A stretch of 64,000 bases of DNA from Verrucomicrobiota bacterium. Its GTDB lineage: Bacteria > Verrucomicrobiota > Verrucomicrobiia > Opitutales > Coraliomargaritaceae. Positions 10,411 through 19,853 of the stretch are shown piece after piece. The notes beneath the pieces are model-generated. The model did not search any database. It had not been told where the DNA came from and saw only the letters and a program-made list of their open reading frames with translations. The number at the start of each line of letters is the position of its first letter. The first letter of the stretch is position 1. The position numbers were made by a program, and so were the translations under genes. The DNA lies in NCBI GenBank assembly GCA_039815375.1, contig JBCBZJ010000001.1:192001-256000 (forward strand). The letters run 5' to 3'.

Positions 10411-10574
10411 TCCAGTTCTACTCGTTCGACTGGATTTTCCCGGGCAATATGGATCAGCTTTGACCAAGCACTAACTAAAATAAGGAACATGATCACGACT
10501 GCAATCCAAAGTGTCCAGGCCCCGCGTCGGCTTGCCTTACCTGTCGTTGGTTTTTCCGGGGCCATATTTTTCAA
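10377..10574 (-). CDS. Small single-TM protein in the ccoH/fixH position
   Basis: One hydrophobic helix (WTLWIAVVIMFLILVSAW); lies between ccoG and ccoI and overlaps both. Confidence 0.55.
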   Translation of the reverse strand: MKNMAPEKPTTGKASRRGAWTLWIAVVIMFLILVSAWSKLIHIARENPVERVELENIQCPTSNLE

Positions 10575-11958
10575 GTAGTTGCGGATTCGGGCCGAGAAAT
10601 TCGGCTTCCTTGCTCATGATGGTGTTGCCTGCCGGGCTGATCAAGCTGAGTTCAAGCGTGAAAGATCCTACGTAGGCTGAACGATTGACAGTAATGACGA
10701 CAGGTCGAACTTCTTCACCCATAGGTGGAACGGTGATGCCGGATTCGTTGCCGCTCATGACATACCCATCAAAAGGTGAGTTGCTGGAAATCCGGTAGGT
10801 CTTGGTTTGGTTTGTTTTGTTGATGACTCGAACCATATACTGGTTTCGCACGGCGCCTTCGGTGATGAAGTAAGGCGCACCGGACATGCGAACGATATTC
10901 ATATTTGCGCGGCGTAGCTGCATGGCAGAGAGCGTGAAGGCTGTTGCACCCAGAAGCATAAGTGCAGCGTAGATGAAGATCCGTGGCCGAACGATGCGAC
11001 GGGTATTTCCGAAAAGGCCATTCTGCGAGTCATAGCGAACCAGGCCTTTTGGCCGTCCGATTTTCTCCATGATGGCATCGCAGGCGTCGATACAGTTGGC
11101 ACATCCGATACATTCGATCTGTAGGCCTTGCCGAATATCGATACCGGTGGGGCAAACCTGAACACAGCGGTAACAGTTAATGCAGTCGCCGAAACCTTCC
11201 TTTTTTACCGGGCCACGTGGCTCACCTCGGCCTTCGTCGTAGCCGATCACGATCGAGTCGTCATCAATCAGGGCGGACTGAAGGCGACCGTAGGGACAGA
11301 TGACAAGGCAGAGTTGCTCGCGAAACCACGCAAAGTTTAGAAAAATAATCCCTGTAGCCAAGGCCATGAAAACGAAGGCGCCCCAATGTTCTGTCGGGCT
11401 TTGCCTTATCCATTGGTAGAGCTCGGGTATGGAAATGAAGTAGGCGAGAAACATGTGGGTGATGACCGCGGAGATGACAAAGAAGATTAGTCCTTTTATA
11501 CTGCGTTTGATAATCTTTTCGTTGTTCCACTCCTGCGCATCCAGTTTCTTGCGTGCGTTGGCATCACCTTCGATCCAGCGCTCGATGCGCCGGTAGACGT
11601 TCTCAAGGAAGACAGTTTGCGGGCAGGCCCAGCCACACCAGATTCGACCAAACAATGAGGTTACAAAGAAGAGTGAAAAGCCTAGGCCCGTTATTAAGAA
11701 AAAGGCCATCCATAGGTCCTGAGCAGCAAAGCTTAACCCAAAGAGATGGAAGCGGCGGTTCAAGACATCGAAGAAAACGGCAGGATGTCCATTGATCGGA
11801 ACCCAGGGAAGTATTAGATAAATGCCAATGAGCAACAACGCGAAAAGCCTGCGACCTTTTGTGAAGACTCCATTCACATCTGCAGGGTGCAGGAAAAAAC
11901 GTGAACCATCCTGATTGATGGTCGTCGGCGTTTCCCTGCTTGGGCGCTGCTTTTTCAT
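10537..11958 (-). CDS. ccoG: Cytochrome c oxidase accessory 4Fe-4S protein CcoG/FixG
   Basis: GRIWCGWACPQT, CLVICPYGRLQ, CINCYRCVQVCPTGIDIR, CIGCANCIDAC. Confidence 0.95.
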   Translation of the reverse strand: MKKQRPSRETPTTINQDGSRFFLHPADVNGVFTKGRRLFALLLIGIYLILPWVPINGHPAVFFDVLNRRFHLFGLSFAAQDLWMAFFLITGLGFSLFFVTSLFGRIWCGWACPQTVFLENVYRRIERWIEGDANARKKLDAQEWNNEKIIKRSIKGLIFFVISAVITHMFLAYFISIPELYQWIRQSPTEHWGAFVFMALATGIIFLNFAWFREQLCLVICPYGRLQSALIDDDSIVIGYDEGRGEPRGPVKKEGFGDCINCYRCVQVCPTGIDIRQGLQIECIGCANCIDACDAIMEKIGRPKGLVRYDSQNGLFGNTRRIVRPRIFIYAALMLLGATAFTLSAMQLRRANMNIVRMSGAPYFITEGAVRNQYMVRVINKTNQTKTYRISSNSPFDGYVMSGNESGITVPPMGEEVRPVVITVNRSAYVGSFTLELSLISPAGNTIMSKEAEFLGPNPQLLEKYGPGKTNDR

Positions 11959-12019
11959 TTATCGCTGCTTTCGAAACAAAAATTCTGGTCGAAGTCGTCC
12001 ATTTCGAAATCGATTTTGA

Positions 12020-12589
12020 TTATTTTCGAAGGTTGGGATTCTTGCTTAGGACATAGGCAACAACTTCGACGATACGCTTTTGACCGAGTAATGGTTCCCA
12101 CGGCTGCATGCCTTTTTCGGGGAATCCGTTTGCTATGCTTACATAGACTTCCGAAGGCGTTGCGCCATGGATCCAATCTTCGTCAATAAGGTTAAAGCCA
12201 ATTCCACCTTGAAGTTCAGCACCGTGGCAAGCCACGCAATTTGCTTCATAGGTTGCCTTGCCTGCACTTACGAATATAGGGTTGTCAGCCATCTCCCAGA
12301 AGAGCGCGCTGTTCGTCACGTCGATCGAACTTGCCAGTCTCTTAGTGGTAAGGGCTTCGAGCTTCTTCTCGAGAATTGGATCGATGCCGCCGATGAAGCG
12401 GCGATCATCGATGACGAGCCAGTAAACGATGGAGAAGCCAATCACGCTAAAGAGAATTATCAGCCACCACATGGGCAGGCGCTGGTCATATTCCTGAATC
12501 CCGTCAACGACATGGTCACGCAGGATGACGCCTTCGGGCAGGTCTTCCTGCTTTACTGCGCGGTTTTGTTTTCCGTTCTGCCCATTCAT
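12020..12589 (-). CDS. ccoP: cbb3 oxidase subunit III, short monoheme form
   Basis: DHVVDGIQEYDQRLPMWW N-terminal domain; single CVACH. Confidence 0.88.
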   Translation of the reverse strand: MNGQNGKQNRAVKQEDLPEGVILRDHVVDGIQEYDQRLPMWWLIILFSVIGFSIVYWLVIDDRRFIGGIDPILEKKLEALTTKRLASSIDVTNSALFWEMADNPIFVSAGKATYEANCVACHGAELQGGIGFNLIDEDWIHGATPSEVYVSIANGFPEKGMQPWEPLLGQKRIVEVVAYVLSKNPNLRK

Positions 12590-12774
12590 TTGTCAGCCCC
12601 CGCTAAGTTTTGATGCTCATCGTCTCGAAGCGGCATTTGTCCGAGATGTTCGACAGTCTTGGGTCGCAAGAGGTAGGCGCGTAGAGTGATCGCCAGGAAA
12701 ACGCTGAAGGTGAACCAGAATGAGATCAGCGGGACGATCGTCGTCCATTCGTCGTAGATGATACGTTTAAACAT
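12586..12774 (-). CDS. ccoQ: CcoQ-like small membrane subunit
   Basis: 62 aa, one TM helix, QMPL near C-terminus, between ccoO and ccoP. Confidence 0.65.
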   Translation of the reverse strand: MFKRIIYDEWTTIVPLISFWFTFSVFLAITLRAYLLRPKTVEHLGQMPLRDDEHQNLAGADK

Positions 12775-12799
12775 TTAAAGAGAGGTTAGGATTTAAACG

Positions 12800-15115
12800 C
12801 TAGAAATGGGATGCTAGGTCGTCGTCGGAAGTCTCGCGGTAAGCACCGAGCTTTTGAAGGTAGGCGATGAGGGCGACGATCTCTTTATTCGGCTCCGTAA
12901 AGGCACCTTTTTCAGCGAGACGCATGACAATGCCCTCGGCCTGTTCGTCGATTTGCGCCTCGATCTCTTCCTCGGAAAGGTCGAGTGGATAAGGCACGCC
13001 GAGCATACGCATGGCGTTAATCTTTGCTGGCAAATGACTGACCTTGGTCTCTTTTTTAAAGAGCCAGGGATAGTTCGGCATATTTGATCCAGGCGAGACG
13101 CTGCGTGGGTCAAGCATGTGGTAATAGTGCCAGTCGTCCGAGCGCTTGCCGCCTTCTCGAGCGAGGTCTGGGCCAGTCCGCTTCGAGCCCCATTGGTAGG
13201 GGAAATCATAAACGAACTCGCCGAGATGTGAGTAGTCGCCGTAGCGCATCACCTCAGGTACCAGCGTGCGAATCATCTGCGAATGGCAATTGTAGCAGCC
13301 TTCGGCGACATAGATATCACGTCCGGCAAGTTCGAGTGGTGTATAGGGAATTTGGATACGTCCTTCGATGTTGTCTGCGCGCTGGACAGTGACTGTAGGA
13401 ATGATCTGGATAGCTCCGCCGATTGCGGCAGCGACAATCGTAAGGACGGAAAATGCAAAAGAGTGATTGAGTAGATGGTCATACCAATCGCTCCATTGCT
13501 TCTTTCGGCCTTCAAAGTGTGCCAGGGCTGCGACGATCAGGAAAATCGTCATAATTATGCCGAGTAGAAAAAATACTCCTTCGCCAAAGATGGTCAGGCA
13601 AATGAAGAAGACGATCAGCGCCGAATAGATAGCAGGAGCGCCGATGAAGATAAAGATGCCGAGGCTTTCTTCCTTCACAGGCTCGGCGTTCTTGACCACT
13701 TCGACGGTGCCATTAACAGCTTGTCCACTCTTGGCGGTGCGGAAGATGTTATAAACCATTAAGCAGAAGCCGAAGAGGTAGAGTCCACCGCCGATGGCAC
13801 GGAAGAGCATGACCGGGCGGATGGCTTGAAGCGTGTCGAGGAAGTTTGGATACTGGAGTAGGGTGCCTTCTTCGGTAGTGGCATTGAGCATGAGGCCTTG
13901 TGTGATTCCGGAGACCCACATGGAGGCGACGTAGAGAAGAATGCCTACCATCCCGAGCCAGAAGTGGGCGTTGGCCATCGCTACGGAGTGAAGCTTCGTA
14001 TTCCAGAGTCGCGGCGCAAGCCAGTAGAACATACCGGCGGCGAGGAAACCGTTCCAGCCAAGCGTACCGCTGTGCACGTGACCTACTGTCCAGTCGGTAT
14101 AGTGGGAAAGCGCATTGACAGCTTTGATCGAAAGTAGCGGTCCTTCGAACGTGGCCATCCCGTAGAAAGTGACGGCTGCGGCGAAGAATTTGACCACTGG
14201 ATCGGTCAGGAGCATGTCCCAGGCACCGCGTAGGGTAAGCAGGCCGTTAAGCATGCCGGCCCAGGACGGTGCCCAAAGCATGAGGCTAAAGATCATGCCG
14301 AGAGTTTGCAGCCATTCCGGCAGCGATGTATTGAGCAGATGGTGTGGCCCCGCCCAGATGTAGATGAAAACGAGGGACCAGAAATGGATGATGGAGAGCC
14401 GATAGGAATAGACGGGCCGATTCACGCATTTCGGCACGAAGTAATACATGATGCCTAGCATCGGGGTGGTTAGGAAGAAGGCTACTGCGTTGTGCCCATA
14501 CCACCACTGGACGAGGGCGTCCTGGACGCCGCCGAAGACAGGATAACTATGGGTAAAGCTAGTTGGCAGCGAGAGGTGATTGACCACGTAGAGCATCGTG
14601 ATCGTAACGATGGTCGCGATGTAGAACCAGATGCCGACGTAGATGGATTTCTCGTTCCTTCTTCCTAAGGTCCAAAAGACATTGGCCGCAAAAACCAACC
14701 AGATCACTGCAACGAGGATGTTAATTGGCCAGATAAGCTCGGCGTATTCCTTCCCCCGACTATAGCCGAGTGGAAGGGTGATCGCAGCACAAACGATGAT
14801 GAACTGCCAGCCCCAGAAATTCAGTTTGCTGAGAAGGTCGGAGGCCATCCGCACCCGACAAAGGCGCTGCAACGAATAGTAGATACCCGCAAACATCATA
14901 TTGCCTACGAAGGCGAATATAGCGGCGTTTGTATGCAATGGGCGGAGTCGCCCGAAGGTGAGCCACTCAAGATTGAAATTAGCTTGCCAGTAGTTGAGTT
15001 GCGTTGCGATCAGGACGCCTGCTCCCATTCCAACCACGCCCCAAAAAATGGAGGCGATCATGAATTTCCGAACAGTGCTATCGTCGTATTCGATCGTCTG
15101 GGTTATCGTATTCAT
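12800..15115 (-). CDS. ccoN: Fused cbb3 oxidase subunits I/II (CcoN-CcoO)
   Basis: GRLRPLHTN, QWWYGHNAV, WAGPHH, GHVH, followed by CcoO with EGCYNCHSQMIR and WGSKRTGPDL. Confidence 0.96.
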   Translation of the reverse strand: MNTITQTIEYDDSTVRKFMIASIFWGVVGMGAGVLIATQLNYWQANFNLEWLTFGRLRPLHTNAAIFAFVGNMMFAGIYYSLQRLCRVRMASDLLSKLNFWGWQFIIVCAAITLPLGYSRGKEYAELIWPINILVAVIWLVFAANVFWTLGRRNEKSIYVGIWFYIATIVTITMLYVVNHLSLPTSFTHSYPVFGGVQDALVQWWYGHNAVAFFLTTPMLGIMYYFVPKCVNRPVYSYRLSIIHFWSLVFIYIWAGPHHLLNTSLPEWLQTLGMIFSLMLWAPSWAGMLNGLLTLRGAWDMLLTDPVVKFFAAAVTFYGMATFEGPLLSIKAVNALSHYTDWTVGHVHSGTLGWNGFLAAGMFYWLAPRLWNTKLHSVAMANAHFWLGMVGILLYVASMWVSGITQGLMLNATTEEGTLLQYPNFLDTLQAIRPVMLFRAIGGGLYLFGFCLMVYNIFRTAKSGQAVNGTVEVVKNAEPVKEESLGIFIFIGAPAIYSALIVFFICLTIFGEGVFFLLGIIMTIFLIVAALAHFEGRKKQWSDWYDHLLNHSFAFSVLTIVAAAIGGAIQIIPTVTVQRADNIEGRIQIPYTPLELAGRDIYVAEGCYNCHSQMIRTLVPEVMRYGDYSHLGEFVYDFPYQWGSKRTGPDLAREGGKRSDDWHYYHMLDPRSVSPGSNMPNYPWLFKKETKVSHLPAKINAMRMLGVPYPLDLSEEEIEAQIDEQAEGIVMRLAEKGAFTEPNKEIVALIAYLQKLGAYRETSDDDLASHF

Positions 15116-15273
15116 TGATCAGAAGCAGCTTTTGGGGTCTCCGTATCAAAGGGGCGCAGTGCATCTTGCTCGGAACTGCAAATGCCCTGGGTCCGGCGCT
15201 CACGAACGAAAAAGAGCAGAAAGAGCAAAGCTAGCAGGAGGCTTAAAAAGACGGTGAGAATTAGAACGTTCAT
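15112..15273 (-). CDS. CcoS-like small assembly protein (53 aa, below ORF-track cutoff)
   Basis: Hand translation MNVLILTVFLSLLLALLFLLFFVRERRTQGICSSEQDALRPFDTETPKAASDQ*; stop overlaps ccoN start (ATGA). Confidence 0.65.
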   Translation of the reverse strand: MNVLILTVFLSLLLALLFLLFFVRERRTQGICSSEQDALRPFDTETPKAASDQ

Positions 15274-15282
15274 TCGTGTTGG

Positions 15283-15765
15283 TTATTCATTTGCTGAAAA
15301 TGGGCAGTCTTTTCGGAAAATTCGGCTCATGCAGAGGTCGATTTCTTTGTCGAAGAAACCGGAGAGCGCGTGGTTGATTAGGTCTTCGCAGCATTCGCGG
15401 TCGAGCTGGTTGAACTCATGGCCGGTATCCCAGTTGTCGGCGAATACACTCATGAAGGCGACGAGTCCGGAATCGTGGAGCTCCATACAAACGCGCCCGC
15501 CAAAGCGACGTTGCTTGCAGTCGCAGGTCAGGCCAAGAACGTCATTCAGGTGTGTAAACTCAGGAAGCTCCTTCACCGTATTGCCGGACTCGATGCATTG
15601 AACAACATGTTCAAAAGCTCCGATGAAAAAGCTATAGGGCATCACGCCACCTTCCTCCCGGGTTGATGAATCGCTTTGTGCAGGAGGAATCTCGGCCTCG
15701 ATCAACCAGTTCTCAATGATATGATCCCGATTGTCCTGCAGGTATCTGACCAAGCGCGTATGCAT
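15283..15765 (-). CDS. Cys-rich cytoplasmic protein with RsbRD-N-like N-terminus; first gene of cco operon
   Basis: YLQDNRDHIIENWL start; 8 Cys (QC, CDC, VCMELH, CC, LC, CPF); start set at MHTRL. Confidence 0.7.
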   Translation of the reverse strand: MHTRLVRYLQDNRDHIIENWLIEAEIPPAQSDSSTREEGGVMPYSFFIGAFEHVVQCIESGNTVKELPEFTHLNDVLGLTCDCKQRRFGGRVCMELHDSGLVAFMSVFADNWDTGHEFNQLDRECCEDLINHALSGFFDKEIDLCMSRIFRKDCPFSANE

Positions 15766-15855
15766 GGCTTGATTATTACAGAAGCCCACATAATCTGTCT
15801 CAGCACATTGCGCTTAATGCTGCGCATATTTTGCATAAAACCGATCTTTTGAACT

Positions 15856-16779
15856 ATGCTGTCCGCTACGAGTCCGAGCCCGGCCAAATCCGAGTCCAGA
15901 TTACGCACAAAGGGGATGGCTATCGTCAAACGACTCTCGAGCTCGCAACTCTATAAGGATTATGAAAAAGCATTCCACCAAGCGACGGGACTGACACTTG
16001 CGATTCGCCCGGCTAAATCTTACGAAAACGCACTACAGGATAGCGAAGGCGAGAGTCCCTTCTGCGCACTTCTGGCGCAAACCAACAAAGGCTGTGCAAA
16101 CTGTCTGAAGATGCAGAAAGATCTTGAGGAAAAGGCAGGTTTGGAGCCAGCGTCACTCCACTGTTTTGCCGGTCTCTGTGACAGTGCGGTGCCGATTCGG
16201 GTTGGTGACGAGCTCATCGCTTTTTTGCAGACGGGGCAGATTCTGCTGCACCAACCGAACCGAGAAGAATTTACTCGAACCACCAAACAGCTGCTGACCT
16301 GGGGGGCTGAGGTTAACCTGAAGGCACTGGAGGAGGCTTACTTTCAGACCAAGGTCTTCGACCGCGACCAATATAACGCGATGCTACGGCTGCTTTCGAC
16401 TTTTGCGGAACATCTTGCGACAATTAGCAATAGTATCGAATCGGTGGTCGACACGCAGGAACCCGTACTTGTCAGTAATGCTAAGCGCTACATTCAGGGT
16501 AGCTACCAGGATAAAATCTCACTCGACGAGGCTGCGCAGGCTGTCAATGCCAGCACGCGGCACTTTTGTAAGATCTTTAAGGAAGCGACCGGGACGACCT
16601 TTACCGACTACCTCGCCCGCGTGCGCGTTGAGAAAGCCAAGAACATGCTGCAAAACCCGCACCTGCGAGTGAGTGAAATCGCTTTCGAAACCGGCTTTGA
16701 TTCGATCTCGCAGTTCAATCGATCCTTCAAGCGCATCACCGGTTTGGCGCCGACTCAGTTTCGCAGCGAGTTTTGCTGA
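15856..16779 (+). CDS. AraC-family regulator with PocR sensor domain
   Basis: AFHQATGL, SPFC, CANC, CFAGLCDSAVPI (PocR); C-terminal AraC HTH (GFDSISQFNRSFK). Confidence 0.9.
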   Translation: MLSATSPSPAKSESRLRTKGMAIVKRLSSSQLYKDYEKAFHQATGLTLAIRPAKSYENALQDSEGESPFCALLAQTNKGCANCLKMQKDLEEKAGLEPASLHCFAGLCDSAVPIRVGDELIAFLQTGQILLHQPNREEFTRTTKQLLTWGAEVNLKALEEAYFQTKVFDRDQYNAMLRLLSTFAEHLATISNSIESVVDTQEPVLVSNAKRYIQGSYQDKISLDEAAQAVNASTRHFCKIFKEATGTTFTDYLARVRVEKAKNMLQNPHLRVSEIAFETGFDSISQFNRSFKRITGLAPTQFRSEFC

Positions 16780-16785
16780 ATAATT

Positions 16786-16816
16786 AAAAAAGCCGCTGAC
16801 GAATCAGCGGCTTTTT
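16786..16816. terminator. Bidirectional terminator
   Basis: AAAAAAGCCGCTGA-CGAA-TCAGCGGCTTTTT between convergent genes. Confidence 0.85.
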
Positions 16817-16837
16817 GAAAAGTTGTGTTTTTAGTTG

Positions 16838-17521
16838 CTATGCGCGACGGCGCTTAAGCATTACAGACATGAGCCCACAGATTCCCGCAAGAAGTGCGTA
16901 GGCGCCCGGCTCAGGAACAACGTATGTTCCAAAGGTCGCTTGGAGCGATACGTCTGAGTAAGCAGTGATGTCAAAATTACCTGCATCTGTAACCCCCGCT
17001 GGGTTCGCAGCCGTTCCCGGTATACGATAAGATATACTGTCAGGAGCGAAATTGGTATCACCTTGACCGACAACTCCAAACGAGTCGACTACATCAAACT
17101 GACTTATGTCAGTTCCATCAGTGAATGTGCCGTTCGGAGTTGCTAGTGCAAGGATGTCGTCTCCATTCCAGTTAAGGATGCTGTTAACCACCGCACCTGA
17201 GACATCGGCATCAGGAAAACCAAGCGCCGTCATTGAAGTATCTGTAGTCGTGCCTCCGTATATATAAAAGAAATCCCCTGTACTTAGTGAAACTGCAGGA
17301 AGCTGATAGAAGGTATCGAAGGGGCCGGCACCGTTTGTATCTCTGACAATCCAAAGGTCAGACAGATCTGCAATAGCTTCTTCAGCTACAATTTCCATAG
17401 CTTTAGGTATACCGCCGGACTGGGTTCCGTCGACCATTCCAGATATAAGGGCCTGTGAACTAAGATTAGATGCAAGCACAGTTGATCCCGCTAATATTGA
17501 TATGACAGTTGATTTTCTCAT
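16838..17521 (-). CDS. PEP-CTERM protein with LTD-like domain
   Basis: Signal peptide; GGIPKAMEIV and NWNGDDIL resemble lamin-tail-like domains; VPEPGAYALLAG...KRRRA. Confidence 0.85.
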   Translation of the reverse strand: MRKSTVISILAGSTVLASNLSSQALISGMVDGTQSGGIPKAMEIVAEEAIADLSDLWIVRDTNGAGPFDTFYQLPAVSLSTGDFFYIYGGTTTDTSMTALGFPDADVSGAVVNSILNWNGDDILALATPNGTFTDGTDISQFDVVDSFGVVGQGDTNFAPDSISYRIPGTAANPAGVTDAGNFDITAYSDVSLQATFGTYVVPEPGAYALLAGICGLMSVMLKRRRA

Positions 17522-17736
17522 AGTTTGATCACGATTTTGGGTTTTAATGATTAGTTTAGATCTATTGAAATGCTATTTCGAGTTAAATTTATCAAAATAC
17601 TGTTTCAGTTTGAATGAGCAGGTGTGTCATTTACGTGAAAAATATTTAGGTAATTACGTTCTATCATTTGCAGGTTTCCTGCCATTAGTTCGAAAATGCT
17701 GAAAATTGATATGTTTTCGGGTGATCCGACCATTTT

Positions 17737-18174
17737 TTAATCCTCGAAAGCAAAATTGACGCCTGTGATGCCGGCTGCAGAGACAGCATCCATCACACGG
17801 ATGATAACGGCGTGTTTTGTCTTGGGTGCGGGAGCGATGGTGACCTGCGTGACGGTTTTATTTGCAATACTGGCTTCCTGGAGCCGAGTCAGCATGGCCT
17901 GCAGCTCGACTAGCCTGGTGGCATCGGGACTGTCGTAACTATACTCATTCACAACGATTTGACCGTCGGATAGGACTTCGATGAACTGCTCGTCAGGGAG
18001 TTCGACCGGTTCCTCCTGCTCGACGGTGCCGGGGAGTTCAAATGAGATGTCGGCCTCCTGCTTCTCGAGAGAGGAAGTGACCATGAAATAGATCAAAAGG
18101 AGGAAGACCGCGTCGATGAGGGGCGCGATCGGAATGTCCGGCTTGTCCTCAGGCTTTTTTTTCAGGCGTCTCAT
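17737..18174 (-). CDS. exbD: ExbD/TolR family protein
   Basis: IAPLIDAVFLLLIYFMV TM helix with conserved Asp. Confidence 0.9.
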   Translation of the reverse strand: MRRLKKKPEDKPDIPIAPLIDAVFLLLIYFMVTSSLEKQEADISFELPGTVEQEEPVELPDEQFIEVLSDGQIVVNEYSYDSPDATRLVELQAMLTRLQEASIANKTVTQVTIAPAPKTKHAVIIRVMDAVSAAGITGVNFAFED

Positions 18175-18178
18175 TTTT

Positions 18179-18277
18179 TGAAGGATGAAATTTGAAACCT
18201 AAGACTTGAAAGAGGACTGTGTATCAGACCTGAGAATTGCAGAAGTTTGCGGATTGAGACATGAACCCTGATGTTGA
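18179..18277. repeat. Degenerate 7-bp-period repeats between the two exbD genes
   Basis: TGA/TAA recurs at 18179, 18186, 18193, 18200, 18207 and at 18255, 18262, 18269. Confidence 0.45.
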
Positions 18278-18344
18278 AAATAGTATGTTTCATCGGGACT
18301 TGAATTTCGTGTTTTTCGACATGGTGACAAAGATACTAATCAGT

Positions 18345-18758
18345 TCATCGGGCTTCGTAGGTGGCGTAGATGATTTCGTAAGCTCCGGCTTCTGCAGCGG
18401 TTTTCAGTAGCTTGCGGACGGATTCATACTCGGTATTTTGGTCGGCGCGAATCTGGACCCGGGTGGTCGGGGCGGCGGCAATCCGGGCAGTGATGGCGGC
18501 CTTGATCTGCTCAAGTGTGTGCGGCTGGTCGCCAATGTAGAAGTTACCTTCGGCATCGACCGAGAGAATTCCACGATCACTGGCGTCCTCGGGAACTTTG
18601 CTCTCCTCGGATTCCGGCAATTCGAGGTCGACAAGGCGCTGGCTCTTGGCGACCGAAGCGACCGTCATGAAAAAGACAAGGAGCAGGAACACCATGTCGA
18701 TCATCGGTGCCATTTGGAAGCTCTGCGGCTCTTGGTTTCTTCGTTTGATGCGTCTCAT
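18345..18758 (-). CDS. exbD: ExbD/TolR family protein
   Basis: MAPMIDMVFLLLVFFM TM motif; IRADQNTEY. Confidence 0.9.
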   Translation of the reverse strand: MRRIKRRNQEPQSFQMAPMIDMVFLLLVFFMTVASVAKSQRLVDLELPESEESKVPEDASDRGILSVDAEGNFYIGDQPHTLEQIKAAITARIAAAPTTRVQIRADQNTEYESVRKLLKTAAEAGAYEIIYATYEAR

Positions 18759-19832
18759 CTATCGACCGATTTTTCTATATTTCCCGCCATTGCGGCTTGC
18801 GATCCGGCGCATGTCATCACCGATCCGTCCATCTTCGATGTTTCGGGGGTCGGGAAAATGAATGGCATGGATGCGGACTTCGCCCTTTTGGGATTGCTGG
18901 CGGTTGCGGATATAATCGAGGGTTTCATCAAGTTCGACCGGACGTCCGAAATCGCTGCCTCCACGAGCGCTGTTATCTTCATTGTTATTTGTGAAGTAGC
19001 CGCCATTGGAGACCATGAAGATGGCATCCGGCTGCATATCGAAAGCTGCACCCATGATTGGAAGGAGGCCATTGGTATCTCGAGGGCCACCCCGGGCGCC
19101 TCCGGGCGAGCCTCCGCTGGCGTTGAAGCGCTGATTCAGCCACTCGATCGCGGTTGCCTTATTTGCTACGGTTGCGGTGACGAGGGCGTTTTGGAAATTA
19201 ATATATCCTCGGGCATGCAGAATAATCCCGAAGCGTGTGTTCGCATTGAGCTTATTGATAATTTTTTCAGTTTCCTGCCGGATGATATCGAAATCCATGC
19301 CTGCTGCGTCGACTGCCATAACAACCGACTGGGATACATCGATCATGATAACAAAACCGCGTGCCTCCTCGGTGATTCCCAGAAAAGATACGCTGGATGC
19401 CTGGGAGGAAAGTGCACCAAGCGCTCCCATCAGTCCGGACTGACCGAAAAGAGCATCGGATTCCGAAACCATGGCTTCGGTTTCGACCGGTGTGAAATCG
19501 ACATTCGGAACCTGAGGTAGGGCAGGGAGGGTTGAAAGCAGGCTCTCGGTGGTGAGTGCCGGGACGGTTGCGGGTGTGGCTGCGGCGTTTTGGAATTCAG
19601 CCACAGCCATTTGGTGCTCCAGCTCGCGTTGGGGTAGATAGATCGTTTTGGGTGCGTTGAAGACGGGCTCTTCGCGAAAGCTGGTCACAAGAACGGTGAC
19701 GAAACCGGATGTGAGCAGAATGAGGGCGATAACAAGGACTGCCTGACCGAGCGAAAGCAGGCGCGTGCGCTTTTTCGTTCGGTTATCGACTTCCACCTTG
19801 GTGCGGAAGTGGTTGTTTGTTGCAGTCTCCAT
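18759..19832 (-). CDS. Membrane-anchored vWA-domain protein
   Basis: N-terminal TM helix, Pro-rich linker, IDVSQS (DxSxS MIDAS), IFMVSNG. Confidence 0.75.
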   Translation of the reverse strand: METATNNHFRTKVEVDNRTKKRTRLLSLGQAVLVIALILLTSGFVTVLVTSFREEPVFNAPKTIYLPQRELEHQMAVAEFQNAAATPATVPALTTESLLSTLPALPQVPNVDFTPVETEAMVSESDALFGQSGLMGALGALSSQASSVSFLGITEEARGFVIMIDVSQSVVMAVDAAGMDFDIIRQETEKIINKLNANTRFGIILHARGYINFQNALVTATVANKATAIEWLNQRFNASGGSPGGARGGPRDTNGLLPIMGAAFDMQPDAIFMVSNGGYFTNNNEDNSARGGSDFGRPVELDETLDYIRNRQQSQKGEVRIHAIHFPDPRNIEDGRIGDDMRRIASRNGGKYRKIGR

Positions 19833-19853
19833 TAACTGGGGATAGGTCTCTTT

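Noticed and set aside
15766..15915. FNR box upstream of the cbb3 operon
   Set aside because: Only a TTGAT half-site (15769) is present, with no ATCAA at the required spacing.
18438..19520. 360-aa + strand ORF
   Set aside because: Antisense shadow of the exbD and vWA genes; no recognisable motifs.
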